NCBI RefSeq assembly: GCF_006345805.1
Contig: NC_043006.1
Coordinates: 77,252,001-77,316,000 of the forward strand
Source of the DNA: Octopus sinensis
Taxonomy: Eukaryota
Direction: 5' to 3'
DNA: 64,000 bases
Of this stretch, positions 12,601 through 25,587 are shown piece by piece. The position numbers were made by a program, and so were the translations under genes. The notes under the pieces were generated by a model, which was not told where the DNA came from, made no database searches, and saw nothing but the letters and a program-made list of their open reading frames with translations. Numbering within the stretch: position 1 is the stretch's first letter; the number at the start of each line of letters is the position of its first letter.

Positions 12601-12737
12601 ATATGCTTTATTAAAAAGGAGGAAAAATATCACAAAGAACGTTACTCTAAGTTTCCCGTTCCCATTTGTCGGACAGGAACGGGAAACTCCAAGTAACGGT
12701 TTTTGTGATATTTTATGCTGCGTTTTAATAAAGTATT
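12601..12737. repeat. Fold-back (inverted) repeat with ~60-bp arms and a decayed hammerhead-like motif
   Basis: 12601-12662 pairs with 12676-12737. The minus strand of 12638-12676 reads CTGT-CCGACAA-ATG-GGAA-CGG-GAAAC-TTAGA-GTA. Confidence 0.75.
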
Positions 12738-12879
12738 AATGTATTTATATAATGTATGTGTGTGCATACATGTATGATTGTATGTAAGTACATATGTATT
12801 GCAAAATCTGCCCTAATTGTTAGGAAGTATAATCAAACGGAACATATGAATGTGTAGTACAATTCTTACCCACACTGGG

Positions 12880-12967
<88 letters not shown>

Positions 12968-12995
12968 AATCTGTTTATCTATCTGTTTATCTATC

Positions 12996-13046
<51 letters not shown>

Positions 13047-13050
13047 CTCT
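12880..13050. repeat. (ATCT)n and (CT)n microsatellite
   Basis: Read directly from the sequence. Confidence 0.95.
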
Positions 13051-13944
13051 CCATATATGTCTTTTTGTCAGTCTATCTGTATTTGTGTGTGTGTCGCTTT
13101 ATGCGTGACTTGTGTCAGCGTTTAAGTGCTTGTGTGTCTACATTTATTCGCTGCCAAGAAGCATATGCGTATGCATGTACGTATAAGAAACAATTTTTAA
13201 AATACACATGATAAATATAGAGAGCTCATTTTACCAATCATTATATCTTTATGCTTTTATAATTCTAGAAAACAATGTCAGTGAGGGTCAGTATTTGGAA
13301 ATTGTATAATATAATAGTTCTCTTTTAAAGAGATGAATGTGGAACACGAGCAGAGGAGGAAAAAGGAAATATATTCACCCACAAAAATAAAAGAACCAAA
13401 ATGAAATAAATTACATATTGACCTACTTACTGACTGATGTTAGTGGAGAGTTGGGGGAGTCTGGGGTTGTGGCGGCAGATATAAATATATAAGAGAATAT
13501 AAAAGAATACGAAGAACGAAATATAAATATAAATAAATACATGAAATAAAATAAATATTCTTTTGGGATAGAGAAGCGGGAGGAAAAAAAAAGCGGCGCA
13601 GTAGTTTTTGTAGAATTTATATGTTTCAAGGTTATGGTTAATTCTGCCCGGGTTCACGTATCATGCGTTGCTGTTCATGTGAGGAAAGATAACATAGAAA
13701 TAATTCGTCACCATTTTGCCTGAAGGAAAGGTCGCACAAGGCGACAAACTGTGAACGGCATTCATATGTATCATCATCATCATGGAGTAAACAAAAAAAA
13801 AAGACCATGTGGGAATGTATAACGTTAAAAGAAAAATGTACTTTTCGATTTTCCATTTGGTGGGGGGGGGGGTATATAAGAAAGATAATTTTTTCCAGTC
13901 GTAGGCTACCCAGACGGAATGTTACTATAATGCGAGTCGTAATA

Positions 13945-13964
13945 TCATAATCATCATCATCATC

Positions 13965-13996
<32 letters not shown>

Positions 13997-14165
13997 CATT
14001 ATCAGCAGCAGCAGCATCATCATTACCATCAACAACACTATCACATCAGCATCACCATCATCATCACAGTCATCATCATGATCATGACCACGATGATGAT
14101 GATCATTATCCTCATCATCATCATCAACAACAACATCATCAGCAACAACAGCATTAACAACAACG
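13945..14165. repeat. Degenerate (CAT/CAG/CAA)n microsatellite
   Basis: Read directly from the sequence. Confidence 0.9.
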
Positions 14166-14464
14166 ACCCATAGACGATACTATCACGAGTCCTATGACTC
14201 ATAAGGCCGGCTAGCAGGTCTCCATGGCTTACAAGGATCACGACATTCCTGCTAGATTGAGAAGCGGAGCGATGTAGGGTCAGCCATTTTACAGCTGATT
14301 TGCCTGGAGCGGTTTCATCGATTATATCGTTCGCAGTAATTGATTTGTATTCTATTACAATCGAGCCCGGAGAGACGAAATATAACATTAAACCAGGCTG
14401 TAGATTATGAGCTGAGAAATAGTAAGGTCATCAGAAGTACCACCAAGTAATTCGTCGCTGCGCT

Positions 14465-14483
14465 TACTATTACTACTACTACA

Positions 14484-14564
<81 letters not shown>

Positions 14565-14865
14565 GATACTACTACTACTGATACTACTACTAATGCTACT
14601 ACTACTACTAATACTACTACTACTACTGCTGCTACTACTACTACTGCTAACAATACTATTACCACCACACATACTATTACTACAACTAGTACTACTACTG
14701 CTGCCATCACCACTACCACCACCACTAGTACTAATATTACGACCACCACCACCAATAGTATTACTACTACACCCACCACCACCACTAGCAATACTACTAC
14801 TACCTCCATAACCAGCAGCACCACCACCACCACCACCACCAGCACCATTACCACTACTACTACTA
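14465..14865. repeat. (CTA)n/(CCA)n trinucleotide microsatellite
   Basis: Read directly from the sequence; explains the poly-S/G/V ORFs. Confidence 0.95.
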
Positions 14866-14879
14866 GAAAAATATAATAA

Positions 14880-15080
14880 AATAATTTCTGCTATTTGCAA
14901 AAGGTCCGAAACTTGGGAGGAAAGTGTCAGTGCCCAGGAGGTTACACATCTCATTGATTCCTAAAAGATGAAAGACAAAATGGGGTAAGGCGGATTTCGA
15001 ACTCAGAAATGAGTCGGAAGAAATCTGGTTAAGAATTCTGTTCAACATACTCAGGATTGTACAAGGCGGGTTCCGCACTC
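14880..15080 (-). mobile_element. Degenerate SINE family A
   Basis: AAAAGATGAAAGACAAAA...GGCGGATTTCGAACTCAGAA. Confidence 0.55.
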
Positions 15081-15818
15081 AGGCAAAATATCACAGGCTT
15101 TCTTTTTCTTTTTCGTAGGAAGCCTGAAGACATATGATTCAAACTTAGTCGTCTATATTCCTTATCTGCATTTAACAGTAGCACAAATGCCGCAAGAATG
15201 CGGAACATTTATCCCATTAAGCCGACTTCCATTATTTGAGCGGCACTTTACTTTATTTTATTTTACAGTACTGCACTCACAAAAGATATTAATCCTGTTG
15301 AACTATGCAGAGTTTGAATTCAGAATGTTACGTATGGCAATTAGAAATTCACTAGTCATTTTGTATGACGTCTTAACAGCTTTCTCAGTCTATCACCCTT
15401 ATTAAAAGGCGACAATGGGACGATTAAATTCAAAATAGACAAAGGTGAAATTTAAAGCTTGATGAATACAAAAGCAACAAAAAACTAGGAGTGATACACT
15501 TTTAGACTAATGCACCTTGCTTCTACGAACCCAATGACCTTACAAATATATATACATGCACATAAACATATATATGCCTATATATATATATATATATATA
15601 TATACGTACATATTATGAAGTTATATCTTGAGTGACAACAACGCTCATGATATACAACTGACTAGAAATAGAAGTATGTATGTATGTAGGTATGTATTGG
15701 CCCATTTACATTGCATTTATTTTTCCTTCATGCAAGTATTTATGACCTTTCTTTGTTTCAGCACAACAATAAGCAATCATAGGAAGTCTTATTGTTCACT
15801 AATTTACAGGACACAGTT

Positions 15819-15861
<43 letters not shown>

Positions 15862-16799
15862 TGTTGTTGTTGCTGGTGTTAACACACCGAATGATGTTGG
15901 TTAATCGTTGTCAGCGAGGAGAGGAGAGGAAGGTAGCGTGTTGGCGTAATGACGGTGTAGATGGTAATGGCTGCGGCGGAGCGAAGGACTGTTTCAAAGA
16001 GAAAGAGAACATTTGAGGTAGTTTTTAAAATAAATTGTAATTTATCAAATGAGACAACATACAAAACAAGGAAAGATAAAAGACCAAAAAAAAAACAGAA
16101 ACAATATATTATAAAGAATAAAAGCATAGACTAATAGCAACCCATAAGAACCACGACAACAAGTACTCAAATATCCTCGCTATTTCTTGCAGATAGACAA
16201 CTGTGGCTTGTCTGTGTAGTTTCGTTTATTGCTACCAATTAACGCAGTTTGTTCACGTTTGTTTTTTAACCTTTTCTTTTCATTCCTCTCTGAGTGACCC
16301 CCCACCATTCTCTTTATCTTTACATTTCTTTTTTGTTCAATTCTCATACCACAACAAATCTTCACATGTTACTATTTTCCCCCCTCTTTTCAGTACCACT
16401 CTCTCAAACTTCAAAATCTCCACCTTTTTCTCTATCTCTGTAATCTTCTTCATAGCTTCCATGTTGTGTTTCCCTTTTACTTTCTAAACTCAATCGTCAT
16501 TTTCTTTCTTATTTTTCTATCTTTCAATCTTATTTCTTTTCTTTTCCTCGTGTGCACCTCTTTCTAATTCTTCTCTCGCATATCCTAAATTACATTCCTT
16601 GTATTTATCACAAAAACGTCTTCTCTATTTCCCCATCCCCCTCTATTTCTCACGCTGTTACTCACGTTTACACAGAAGCACATTCTTTGCATACCTCCAC
16701 TCTTCTTTTCCTTCTTCACCTACCTCATACCTTTGTAATAATTCACACACTTCCCCGTGCTCATTTGCTTTTCTCTCATGTTCTCTTTGTCCATCATTC

Positions 16800-17400
16800 C
16801 ACACATGCATACACACACACACACACATTCACACGAATGCAAAACCCCATATACTCACGTTAGTGCACACACATACACATACATACACACATACGCATAC
16901 ACACATACACTCATATAATCACACATTTAAACACACACCTACACTCACATGCGTGCATGCACCTTTTCACACTATTGTAAACACTTATATACTCACATTA
17001 GCATAAACACATGCATATACACGCACACATACACATGCACACACATGTAAACACACATTAACATAGGCATTTACACTGATATACACACACATACAAACTC
17101 AAACACACACATACACACATACATACACACATACATACACACACGTTCATCTATACGCATACACACATAAACACACATTTAAACACGCACACTCACATAC
17201 ACCCACATGCGTCCATGCACATATTCACACTGTTGTAAACACTTATATAATCACATTAGCACACACACACACATGCATATACACGAACACATACACATAC
17301 ATATAAACACACATTAACATAGGCACTCATACCAATACACACTCAAACATACATACATGCACATACTTGCATACACACATATGCACACACTTTCATACAC
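16800..17400. repeat. CA-rich low-complexity tract with an internal diverged duplication
   Basis: 16921-17070 and 17173-17327 share non-trivial words such as TTGTAAACACTTATATA.TCACATTAGCA and AAACACACATTAACATAGGCA. Confidence 0.8.
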
Positions 17401-17899
17401 AGGCACATGTATAAAAATATCCGCACTACTCGTCGCCTCTCCGCCTTCTCCTTTCACCGCCATTTTCTTCCTTCCGCCATACTTCACAATTTCTCCAATC
17501 CAAATTATCTCCCTCTTCAAGTTCATATTATTCCAACACCATCACCCCTGTATTAACTACCACTTCGTATGCTTACTTTTCCAGGTTTCTATGAACGCAT
17601 ATGAAACCAGTTATCTATTTCCATAAATGATAGCTATATAATTTTTACAGTTCTCTGGTCAATAATATTCAAGGTGAAAGCATTTTGTTTTAATTTAATT
17701 TATCATTATTTGAAGTAGTTCCATAATATGGTGGTAAGCTGGCTGTAAATTGAGCCTAGGCCTATACATTTGATATATGTCCTGTGGGACGTTTTGCTTC
17801 ACGTAAATAATTCTTTCTACAATAGGTAAACATCTTAAAATTTAGGGAATAGGGCTAGCCAATATCGTGGCCGTCAGAGCCAGATAATGCTTTCAAGGT

Positions 17900-18120
17900 T
17901 TGGGAAAAATCCAGTAATTTCGGCGGGGGTAGAGGGAGGGGTTGCGTCGATTACATCGGACCCAGCCCACATCTGCTACTCACTTTATTGAGCCCTAAAA
18001 GAAAGAAAAACAAAGTTAACCTAGGCGGGTTGGATTTGAACTCAGAACGTAAAGACGGGAAAAAAATGCCGCTAAACTTTTCGCCTGACACGGTAACGAT
18101 TTTGCTAGTCTGCCATTTTA
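17900..18120 (-). mobile_element. Degenerate SINE family A
   Basis: GTCGATTACATCGGACCCAG...GATTTGAACTCAGAACGTAAAGACGG. Confidence 0.65.
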
Positions 18121-18158
18121 ACATAAATAATGCAAAGATCAATTTCTTTCTGGCTAAG

Positions 18159-18996
18159 GATATTTACATCTATTGTTATATTTCGGAATGGTCATATTGC
18201 CAGTTTAACCAATAAAAACACACGCACTATATATTCGGTGTTATTTTGCTTCAGTGATATTTATTTTTTACATTAATCTTAATCTTATTTCGGCCAGAGT
18301 TCTTTCGTCACACTCCTGTGACCGCATCAGTGGTCGTTTGTTTTCTTCTTTCATATTTGTGTCTCTCCTTACTAACCGTCAGCCATTTTGTATTTCTATT
18401 GTATGTCTTCATTTGCGCATGCTTATATCTCTATGTGCGTCTATGTTTATTTAGTATGTGTGTGGGGGGATGCCTGTAATATTTGTATCTTCTGTTTATA
18501 TACATTCATGTAATTTGTATTTTGTTTTTGTTGTTGTTGCTTTTGTTCATCTATACGCATACACACATACACACATTTAAACACGCACACACATGAATGT
18601 ATATAAACATAAGATACAAATATTACAGGCATCCCCCCACACACACACTAAATAAACATAGACGCTCATAGAGATATAAGCATGCGCAAATGAAGACATA
18701 CAATAGAAATACAAAATGGCTGACGGTTAGTAAGGAGAGATACAAATACGAAAGAAGAAAACAAAGGACCACTGATGCGGTCACAGGAGTGTGACGAAAG
18801 AACTCTGGCCGAAATAAGATTAAGATTAATGTAAAAAATAAATATCACTGAAGCAAAATAACACCGAATATATAGTGCGTGTGTTTTTATTGGTTAAACT
18901 GGCAATATGACCATTCCGAAATATAACAATATCTGTTTCAACACGCGACTTCACATAAAAATCTTGCACAACAAATATTTAAACGATATTTACATC
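18159..18996. mobile_element. Penelope-type insertion: 341-bp inverted repeat with a hammerhead-like motif and a 12-bp TSD
   Basis: Arms 18171-18511 and 18591-18931 are near-perfect reverse complements (ORFs 18254+ and 18666- translate almost identically). GATATTTACATC occurs at 18159-18170 and 18985-18996. Confidence 0.8.
18767..18810 (+). ncRNA. Minimal type I hammerhead-like motif (A9->C variant); mirror copy on the minus strand at ~18292-18335
   Basis: GACCA-CTGATGC-G-GTCACA-GGAG-TGTGAC-GAAA-G-AA-C-TC-TGGCC: 6-bp stem II, GAAA, 2-bp stem III and CCA/TGG stem I. Confidence 0.55.
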
Positions 18997-19091
18997 GTTT
19001 TTGAAATGGTCCCACGTCATTGAGACTAATTGATCTCCTGAGTTTTGTTGTAGGTGTTTAGATCTTATTCGCATGTGCTCGCGCCCCTCTC

Positions 19092-19146
<55 letters not shown>

Positions 19147-19546
19147 GGAGAGAGAGTGATATATCTTTTCGTCAGTTATTAAGGCCAGAGCTGCCTTTAA
19201 CAACCCGTTAACGATAGTGCATTGTTTTATCAGAGCAGCAAGCTACAATCACATGCAGTCACCGGAAATATCTCTGAATAAAGTAAATTCGCGTAAAATT
19301 CATATTCAATATGTTCGGCTACATTCGGATTATTGTATAAGAACAAATCGCACATACGGTGGAAGGCACATTTTGTGTTTGTAACACCTGATCCAAAAGA
19401 AGGTATTAACACATGCTTCCTGAACTCGAAGGACGTCATTCACAGCCCAAACTGTTTTCACACGCCCACTGGGAGAATAATTTTCTCTTGGAATTATTTT
19501 CGTAGCGAATGGTGCCCACACGCCTGAAAGTATACATACGTTCATT

Positions 19547-19611
<65 letters not shown>

Positions 19612-21067
19612 GTGTGTGTGTGTGTGTATATGTGTGTGTATGTATCTGTGTGTGTGTATCTGCGCGCCCGCTCGCGTGAGTCTGTGTGTATCTATCAGTG
19701 TGCTTGTATGAATGTGTGTATGGGTTTATTATACGTGTACGTAAGCATATGCAGGCATAATCCGTTTCACTTTTTTTTATTCCTCTGACATAAATTTGAA
19801 TTAATACAACTCTCATACTAATTTCATTATTGACACTTGAATAGATTGTCACCAACACTACCATTTCCGTTTCTGTCAGAGGGCTTCCCTAGGTGTGACA
19901 GTGCTTTTTATGATGAGTTTATTCGACCAGCATGAAATATACATTAAACATAATGTATCATAATAAATTCTGGGTTGCTGGAATTTTTGTAAGGCTGTAA
20001 TTCATAACATGATAAATATCGTTGTCTTAAATTAGTGTTGACAAACTGGGAACCCATAAGAAATATCATAATTTATAAAGTAATGATGCAATCTCTAGTG
20101 ACTGTATTAGAATGCAAGGGAAATTATGAGCCGTATAAAAAATATACTATCAAGAAACGAAATAACAACCTCAGAATTCAAATAACAGATTCTAGATGCG
20201 GCTTTTAAACAATATTTGGTTACAAAACAAACCCAAGGTGACAAACAAAATCACTTCTTAGGACCAGGTCTATCCAAATGCGCTAGACCGATCAAGAAAT
20301 TATCTAAAGCCGTGAACATACAGTTTGTTGGTGTTGACATTGTACATCCAGGATCTCATTACTTTTCCACTCCTGTCTCATTCTCGGTGGGGGGGGGGAG
20401 TTGTGATTTAAAGTACTTTGATGGCCATATCTAAAAGACCTAACGATAGCTTATAAGTTATTCAGTTTGATTTTAATTAAACAAGAATTTAAGTGATTGA
20501 CGTTTAGCTATGCAGAGTAATTTTACTGGATACGTTCGCCTTTTAGAAAAGAAGTGTACGCAACATAAATTTAGTACTGCATAATAATAATTTATGGATG
20601 TTTGTTAAGATTTTATTGTCCTCAAAGAATGGAAAATGCAACATAAAAAAGCCTTCTGTGACAACATTTAAGCAGCAAACACAGAAAGATTTGGAAAACT
20701 TCGTTACTGACTGACTTCACATCCTATGCCTAACAGATTAATGTTTAAGCTGCTGATGAAAAATATCTCGTAAAATATGTTAAGTAAATATCGGATGGCA
20801 AAGGTTACTTTAATTAAGAACGACAAAATATATTTTGAAAAGGTTAAAATGAAATATAATATTTCTTGCATTACAGTGAGGCCATTTTTGGTGATTGGCT
20901 TCAAGAGTTTTAGCCAATCACGCTGACATATTCCAGTTTGGTACTTCTTTCAGTGATTCTGTTGCCAAACTGCTTGTTTAAATGATATAAAAAGGCACGA
21001 TGCATACAACACAGGAGATTTAAATCATCGTAACACCAAAACAGCAGAGACGCATCTTTATGTACAT

Positions 21068-21082
21068 ATCTATCTATCTATC

Positions 21083-21154
<72 letters not shown>

Positions 21155-21165
21155 GTCTACTTATC
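21068..21165. repeat. (ATCT)n microsatellite
   Basis: Read directly from the sequence. Confidence 0.95.
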
Positions 21166-21184
21166 TGTGTGTGTGTATCTTAAC

Positions 21185-21535
21185 TACGTCGATTACGAAT
21201 GACCATGGGTGAACATGAGAGGTTCCCCTCCAGTATACATGTCTGGACGGAAACTTGCCGCACCGGCGAACGCACAACCTATCGTTGTTTTTTCTTCTTT
21301 TTTGAAGACCAGCAGTCGTTCGCGCATGCATACCAACTTCCCCTCTCCACGCCACCTAATGCTATCCAAGAGAAAGGCAAAGGCCGAAACAGCTTGCGAC
21401 CAGCGGCGTGGTAACACATTTCTACAGCTGAAATAAAGTGTCTTGCTCAAGAACACAACTCAGAACTGAGTCCGAGAATCTAACTCACAACATCACAATC
21501 GTAAACTCAGCGCTTTAAAATCTGAGCAATGTACG
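21185..21535 (-). mobile_element. CORE-type SINE (family E), degenerate
   Basis: GAAATAAAGTGTCTTGCTCAAGAACACAAC block shared with 54834-55151, plus a distinct CCCCTCTCCACGCCACC..TG.T.TCCAAG.GAAAGGCAA 3' body. Confidence 0.65.
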
Positions 21536-21539
21536 TTCA

Positions 21540-21767
21540 CACACACGCACACACACACATACATATATGTATGTATATATAATATATATATATATATGTG
21601 TATATATATATATATATAATACACATATATATACACCATACATATATATATATATATATATATATACATTTATACATATATATATACATACATATATATA
21701 TATATACACATATATATATACATATATATATACATATATATATATACATATACATATATATATATAC

Positions 21768-21798
<31 letters not shown>

Positions 21799-21800
21799 CA

Positions 21801-21844
<44 letters not shown>

Positions 21845-21979
21845 TATACATATATATATATACATATACATATACATATATATATACATATACATATACA
21901 TTACATATATATATACATATATATATTATATGTATATGTATATATATATATAATATATATATATATATAATATATATAT

Positions 21980-22016
<37 letters not shown>

Positions 22017-22106
22017 TCCTCTATTTACATTATATTGAGGTCCCTTTCTTTCTTTTGTTATCTTACTGTTTTTACGAATACACGCACACACACACACACA
22101 CATACA

Positions 22107-22155
<49 letters not shown>
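21540..22155. repeat. Long (TA)n/(TACA)n microsatellite region
   Basis: Read directly from the sequence. Confidence 0.95.
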
Positions 22156-22160
<5 letters not shown>

Positions 22161-22830
22161 GTATGGCATATTGCCTGTCAATGTTCGCTAGTGGCCCAGA
22201 AAGAATATAAGATACGCCATGACAAGTATTGTTTATTGGACACTTTGCAACAAGTATGGACTTGACAGAGAAAAAAAGGGGCACGAGAAAAGTCGATAGA
22301 TACGACAGGTTAGCGTGTGAACTTAAGCAGTTGTGGTGCATTAAAAAGTAGTAGTACCAATAATTGTCAGACCCATGGGAACAGTGAGTAGAATTCTTGA
22401 GTATATGGAGCAAATAGGGTTTACAATAATGGTAGAGCACAGAAAACAGTACTGCAGAAAACAGTAATGCAGAAAACAGTAATGCAGACAACAGTAATGC
22501 AGACAACAGTAATGCAGAAAACAGTAATGCAGAAAACAGTAATGAAGAAAACAGTAATGCAGAAAACAGTACTGCAGAAAACAGTAATGCAGAAAACAGT
22601 AATGCAGAAAACAGTAATGCAGAAAACAGTAATGCAGAAAACAGTAATGCAGAAAACAGTAATGCAGACAACAGTAATGCAGAAAACAGTAATGCAGAAA
22701 ACAGTACTGCTTCGAACCGCTCGAATACTTGGGAAGGTGCTCGAAAAATAAGGGGTGTTGCCTTAGTTCACTGGTAATGAACAACTGGCACCGTAGTACA
22801 TTTCAAGCGTTAGAAGTTGTGCAAAAAGAA
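22156..22830 (+). mobile_element. 3' fragment of an R4/Dong-like (restriction-like endonuclease) non-LTR retrotransposon, internally deleted
   Basis: Translation with frameshifts: [34 protein letters not shown]...KVDRYDRLACELKQLW...VVVPIIV..MGTVS...QKTVLLRTARILGKVLEK*. This has the zinc-knuckle/RHD and K..KY..LA motifs; the PD..D block is missing. An (AAT)n tail follows at 22831-22932. Confidence 0.8.
22441..22710 (+). repeat. 15-bp minisatellite (AGAAAACAGTAATGC) x18
   Basis: 18 contiguous units counted, with few variants (ACTGC, GACA, ATGA). Confidence 0.97.
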
Positions 22831-22888
22831 ATGATAATAATAATAACAATAATAATAATGATAATACTACTACTACTACTACTACTAC

Positions 22889-22932
<44 letters not shown>

Positions 22933-22947
22933 TAACCATCATAATAA

Positions 22948-23370
22948 TTTCTAATATAGGCACAAATTTGGTGGGAGGGCTTAAGTTGATTACATCGAAC
23001 CCAGTACTTATTTCATCGAGCCCGAAAGATGAAAGGTAAAGTCAACCTCGGCAGAATTTGAACTGAGAACCTAGAGACGGATGAAATACGCTAAGCATTT
23101 CGTCCAGCGCGTTAACAATTGTGCCAGTTCGCCAATAATAATAATAATGATGATGATGATGATTTCTAATTTTTGCCACAAGGGCAGCTTGGGGGAAGGG
23201 ATTAAGGTGATTACATCGAACTCAGTATTTCAGTGGTACTTAGTTTATCTACCTCGAAAGGATGAAAGGCAAAGTCAACCTCGTCGGAATTTGGACTCAG
23301 AGTGCAGCGACGGGCGAAATACCGATAAGCGTATCGCCCAGGGCGCTAACGATTCTACCAGCTCGCCGCA
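22948..23370 (-). mobile_element. Two tandem degenerate SINE family A copies separated by (AAT/GAT)n
   Basis: GATGAAAGG.AAAGTCAACCTCG.C.GAATTTG.ACT.AG occurs twice (~23030 and ~23265). Confidence 0.8.
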
Positions 23371-23404
23371 TGGAATAATAATAATGTTAAACAACAGCAA
23401 CGAC

Positions 23405-23665
23405 GATGATGACGACGATGAAGGTCGCTCCCGTCGAAGACACCTCTTGCCGAGCGACCTGCACAAGTGATTTGTTTATAGTGATCAATTGTATGTGCTG
23501 CACATTAGCTCGCTCCTTTCATCAAATAGGCATTGCCTGTACAGGCGCACGATGTCATCGCAAAAGAACGTGAGATGAAGTTTTTGCCCCAGAACACAAC
23601 TCCCCAATCGGTAGGAACTGAAACTGCGATCTTGCAATCGTGAGAGCAACATAGTACCCACTAGA
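23405..23665 (-). mobile_element. Degenerate CORE-type SINE
   Basis: AACGTGAGATGAAGTTTTTGCCCCAGAACACAAC...GAAACTGCGATCTTGCAATCGTGAG resembles the family D head and core. Confidence 0.5.
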
Positions 23666-23780
23666 TTAACTGTAACTAAAAGAAGCAGAAGGCCAGAAAT
23701 TAGGGAGAGAGAGGGCTTAGTCGACGAAACCCACTTTAGAATCAAACCTGCACTAGAGTCGTCTTAATTCACTTACAAAC

Positions 23781-24012
23781 ATATATTTCTGTACTACCCA
23801 CAAGGGGCTAAACACAGAGGGGACAAACAAGGACAAACGGATTAAGTCGATTATATCGACCCCAGTGCGTAACTGGTACTTATTTAATCGACCACGAAAG
23901 GATGATAGGCAAAGTCGACCTCGGCGTAATTTGAACTCAGAACGTAGCGGCAGACGAAATACGGCTAAGCATTTTGCCCGGCGTGCTAACGATTCTGCCA
24001 GTTCGCCGCCTC
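23781..24012 (-). mobile_element. SINE family A, full length, 15-bp TSD
   Basis: AATTCACTTACAAAC at 23766-23780 and 24013-24027. Confidence 0.92.
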
Positions 24013-24683
24013 AATTCACTTACAAACTTATAACCTTGCACTTTCGTTAAAAACAACAAGATAATTATTTAAATCTAGGCACAAGGCCACCAATTCTAAG
24101 GGCAGTGGAAGGTCGATAATATCGTACACCGGACTTGACTGGTGCATTATTTTATAAACAATAGCAAGATGAAAGACAGCATACATCAAAGACAACACGC
24201 AAACAAATTAGCATTACGAGAAACAATACCAGTAAGAGCAAAACAAAACCAAAGTGAATACTTTTCAGCGCCAATAGCTACTTTCTAGAAATAACTTCCA
24301 TCTAACATTTCCCACAGACAATTTATCTTTTTCTGAGCTGTTTATTTAGCTTAAGAATAACTAATAACTAAGAATGAGTTAACTATTACTTTTAATAATA
24401 GTCGATGGTATAGAAAACGGTGCCGACAATGAAATCAGTTGAGAAACAATTACATTCATATATATTTATATATGTATCGTTGGTTTGAGTCAGTAGGCTA
24501 ACAAGGACGTTATTAGGCGTCAATAGCTTACAGGCTAACTCTGCGAATTCGCTAACACGAAAGACAACCTATTCATAAACCAGCAGTGACGGTCTTTTAG
24601 TGGTCGCACGCACAGTACGCTAAAGATAGCACTCTAAATCCGGCTAATCTCACTTTAATATATTCAATACCTATAGGGCCCAA

Positions 24684-25587
24684 CGAGGGGGTATGAAAAT
24701 GTTCCAGGACTTGTTATGTTTTAGAAAGAAATAAAACTTATTCATCTAAGTTTTAATATAATTTCCTTCAAAGGGGACATCTTGCATAGAAATGCACCAG
24801 TCCTTGCGTTCCTTTCACTTTTGAAATCCGGCCTGGAAGTCATTTTCTGCATGTGAATCGAGGATCTGGGATTCATTCTGGATCTCGACAACGGTGTTAA
24901 ATCGGTGACCTTTGAGTTGAACTTTCGTCTTTGGGAAGGGCCGGAAAGCCGTAGGTTCTAAATCTGCCGAATAACGTGCATACGGAAGCGGCACCACGTT
25001 GCTTCGGCGAGAAACTCACGGGTAAGGAGATTTCGATGACAAGGTGTATTGTCCTCGTGAAGTATCCAATTTTTCCCGCTCCACAGATCCGGTCGCTTTC
25101 AAAGAATGTCCCTTCTCGACCGCTTCAAAACGTCGCAGTAGAACTCTCACTTGACGGTCTGGCCCTGGTGGAGGGGGGAATTCTCGATGCACAGTATCAT
25201 ATTTCGGTGAGGTGGTGAGGCTCGTCTTCCAAATCGTTCATTGTTTTGCATTGATATTTTCCCACCTTCGAAACATTCGTACCACTCGAAACACTGCGTG
25301 CTACCCATTGCCTTCACCATTGTAATCTTACCTAAACAAGCTCAGTATCTCCGTAGCAGACGTCCCAAGTTTAACACTTTTTCTTTCTCTCCAAGATAGA
25401 ATTGCAGACTACAGCGTACACGTGATCACAAAATCACCAGTTTCGTAACTTGCAAAGTAAAAACAGCAATGTCATTCCGTACACTGTCTCCTGGGGGCCA
25501 CTGCTAGTTCCCACTACACAGGCAACTATGTGCAGCTATCTGTTGGCGAGCTACAGAACTAGTCCGGAAATTTCTGATACCACCTCG
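24684..25587 (-). mobile_element. Mariner (DD34D-type) DNA transposon, degenerate and probably internally deleted
   Basis: Left TIR CGAGGGGGTATGAAAATGTTCCAGGACT (24684) matches the reverse complement of AGTCCGGAAATTTCTGATACCACCTCG (25561-25587), which is followed by TA. ORF 24815-24997 (YSADLEPTAFRPFPKTKVQLKGHRF) is a decayed YSPDLAP.DF.LFP. Confidence 0.85.

Noticed and set aside
22441-22710. CRISPR-like or repeat-protein interpretation of the 15-bp array
   Set aside because: The units are contiguous with no spacers, the context is eukaryotic, and the array derives from a LINE ORF.
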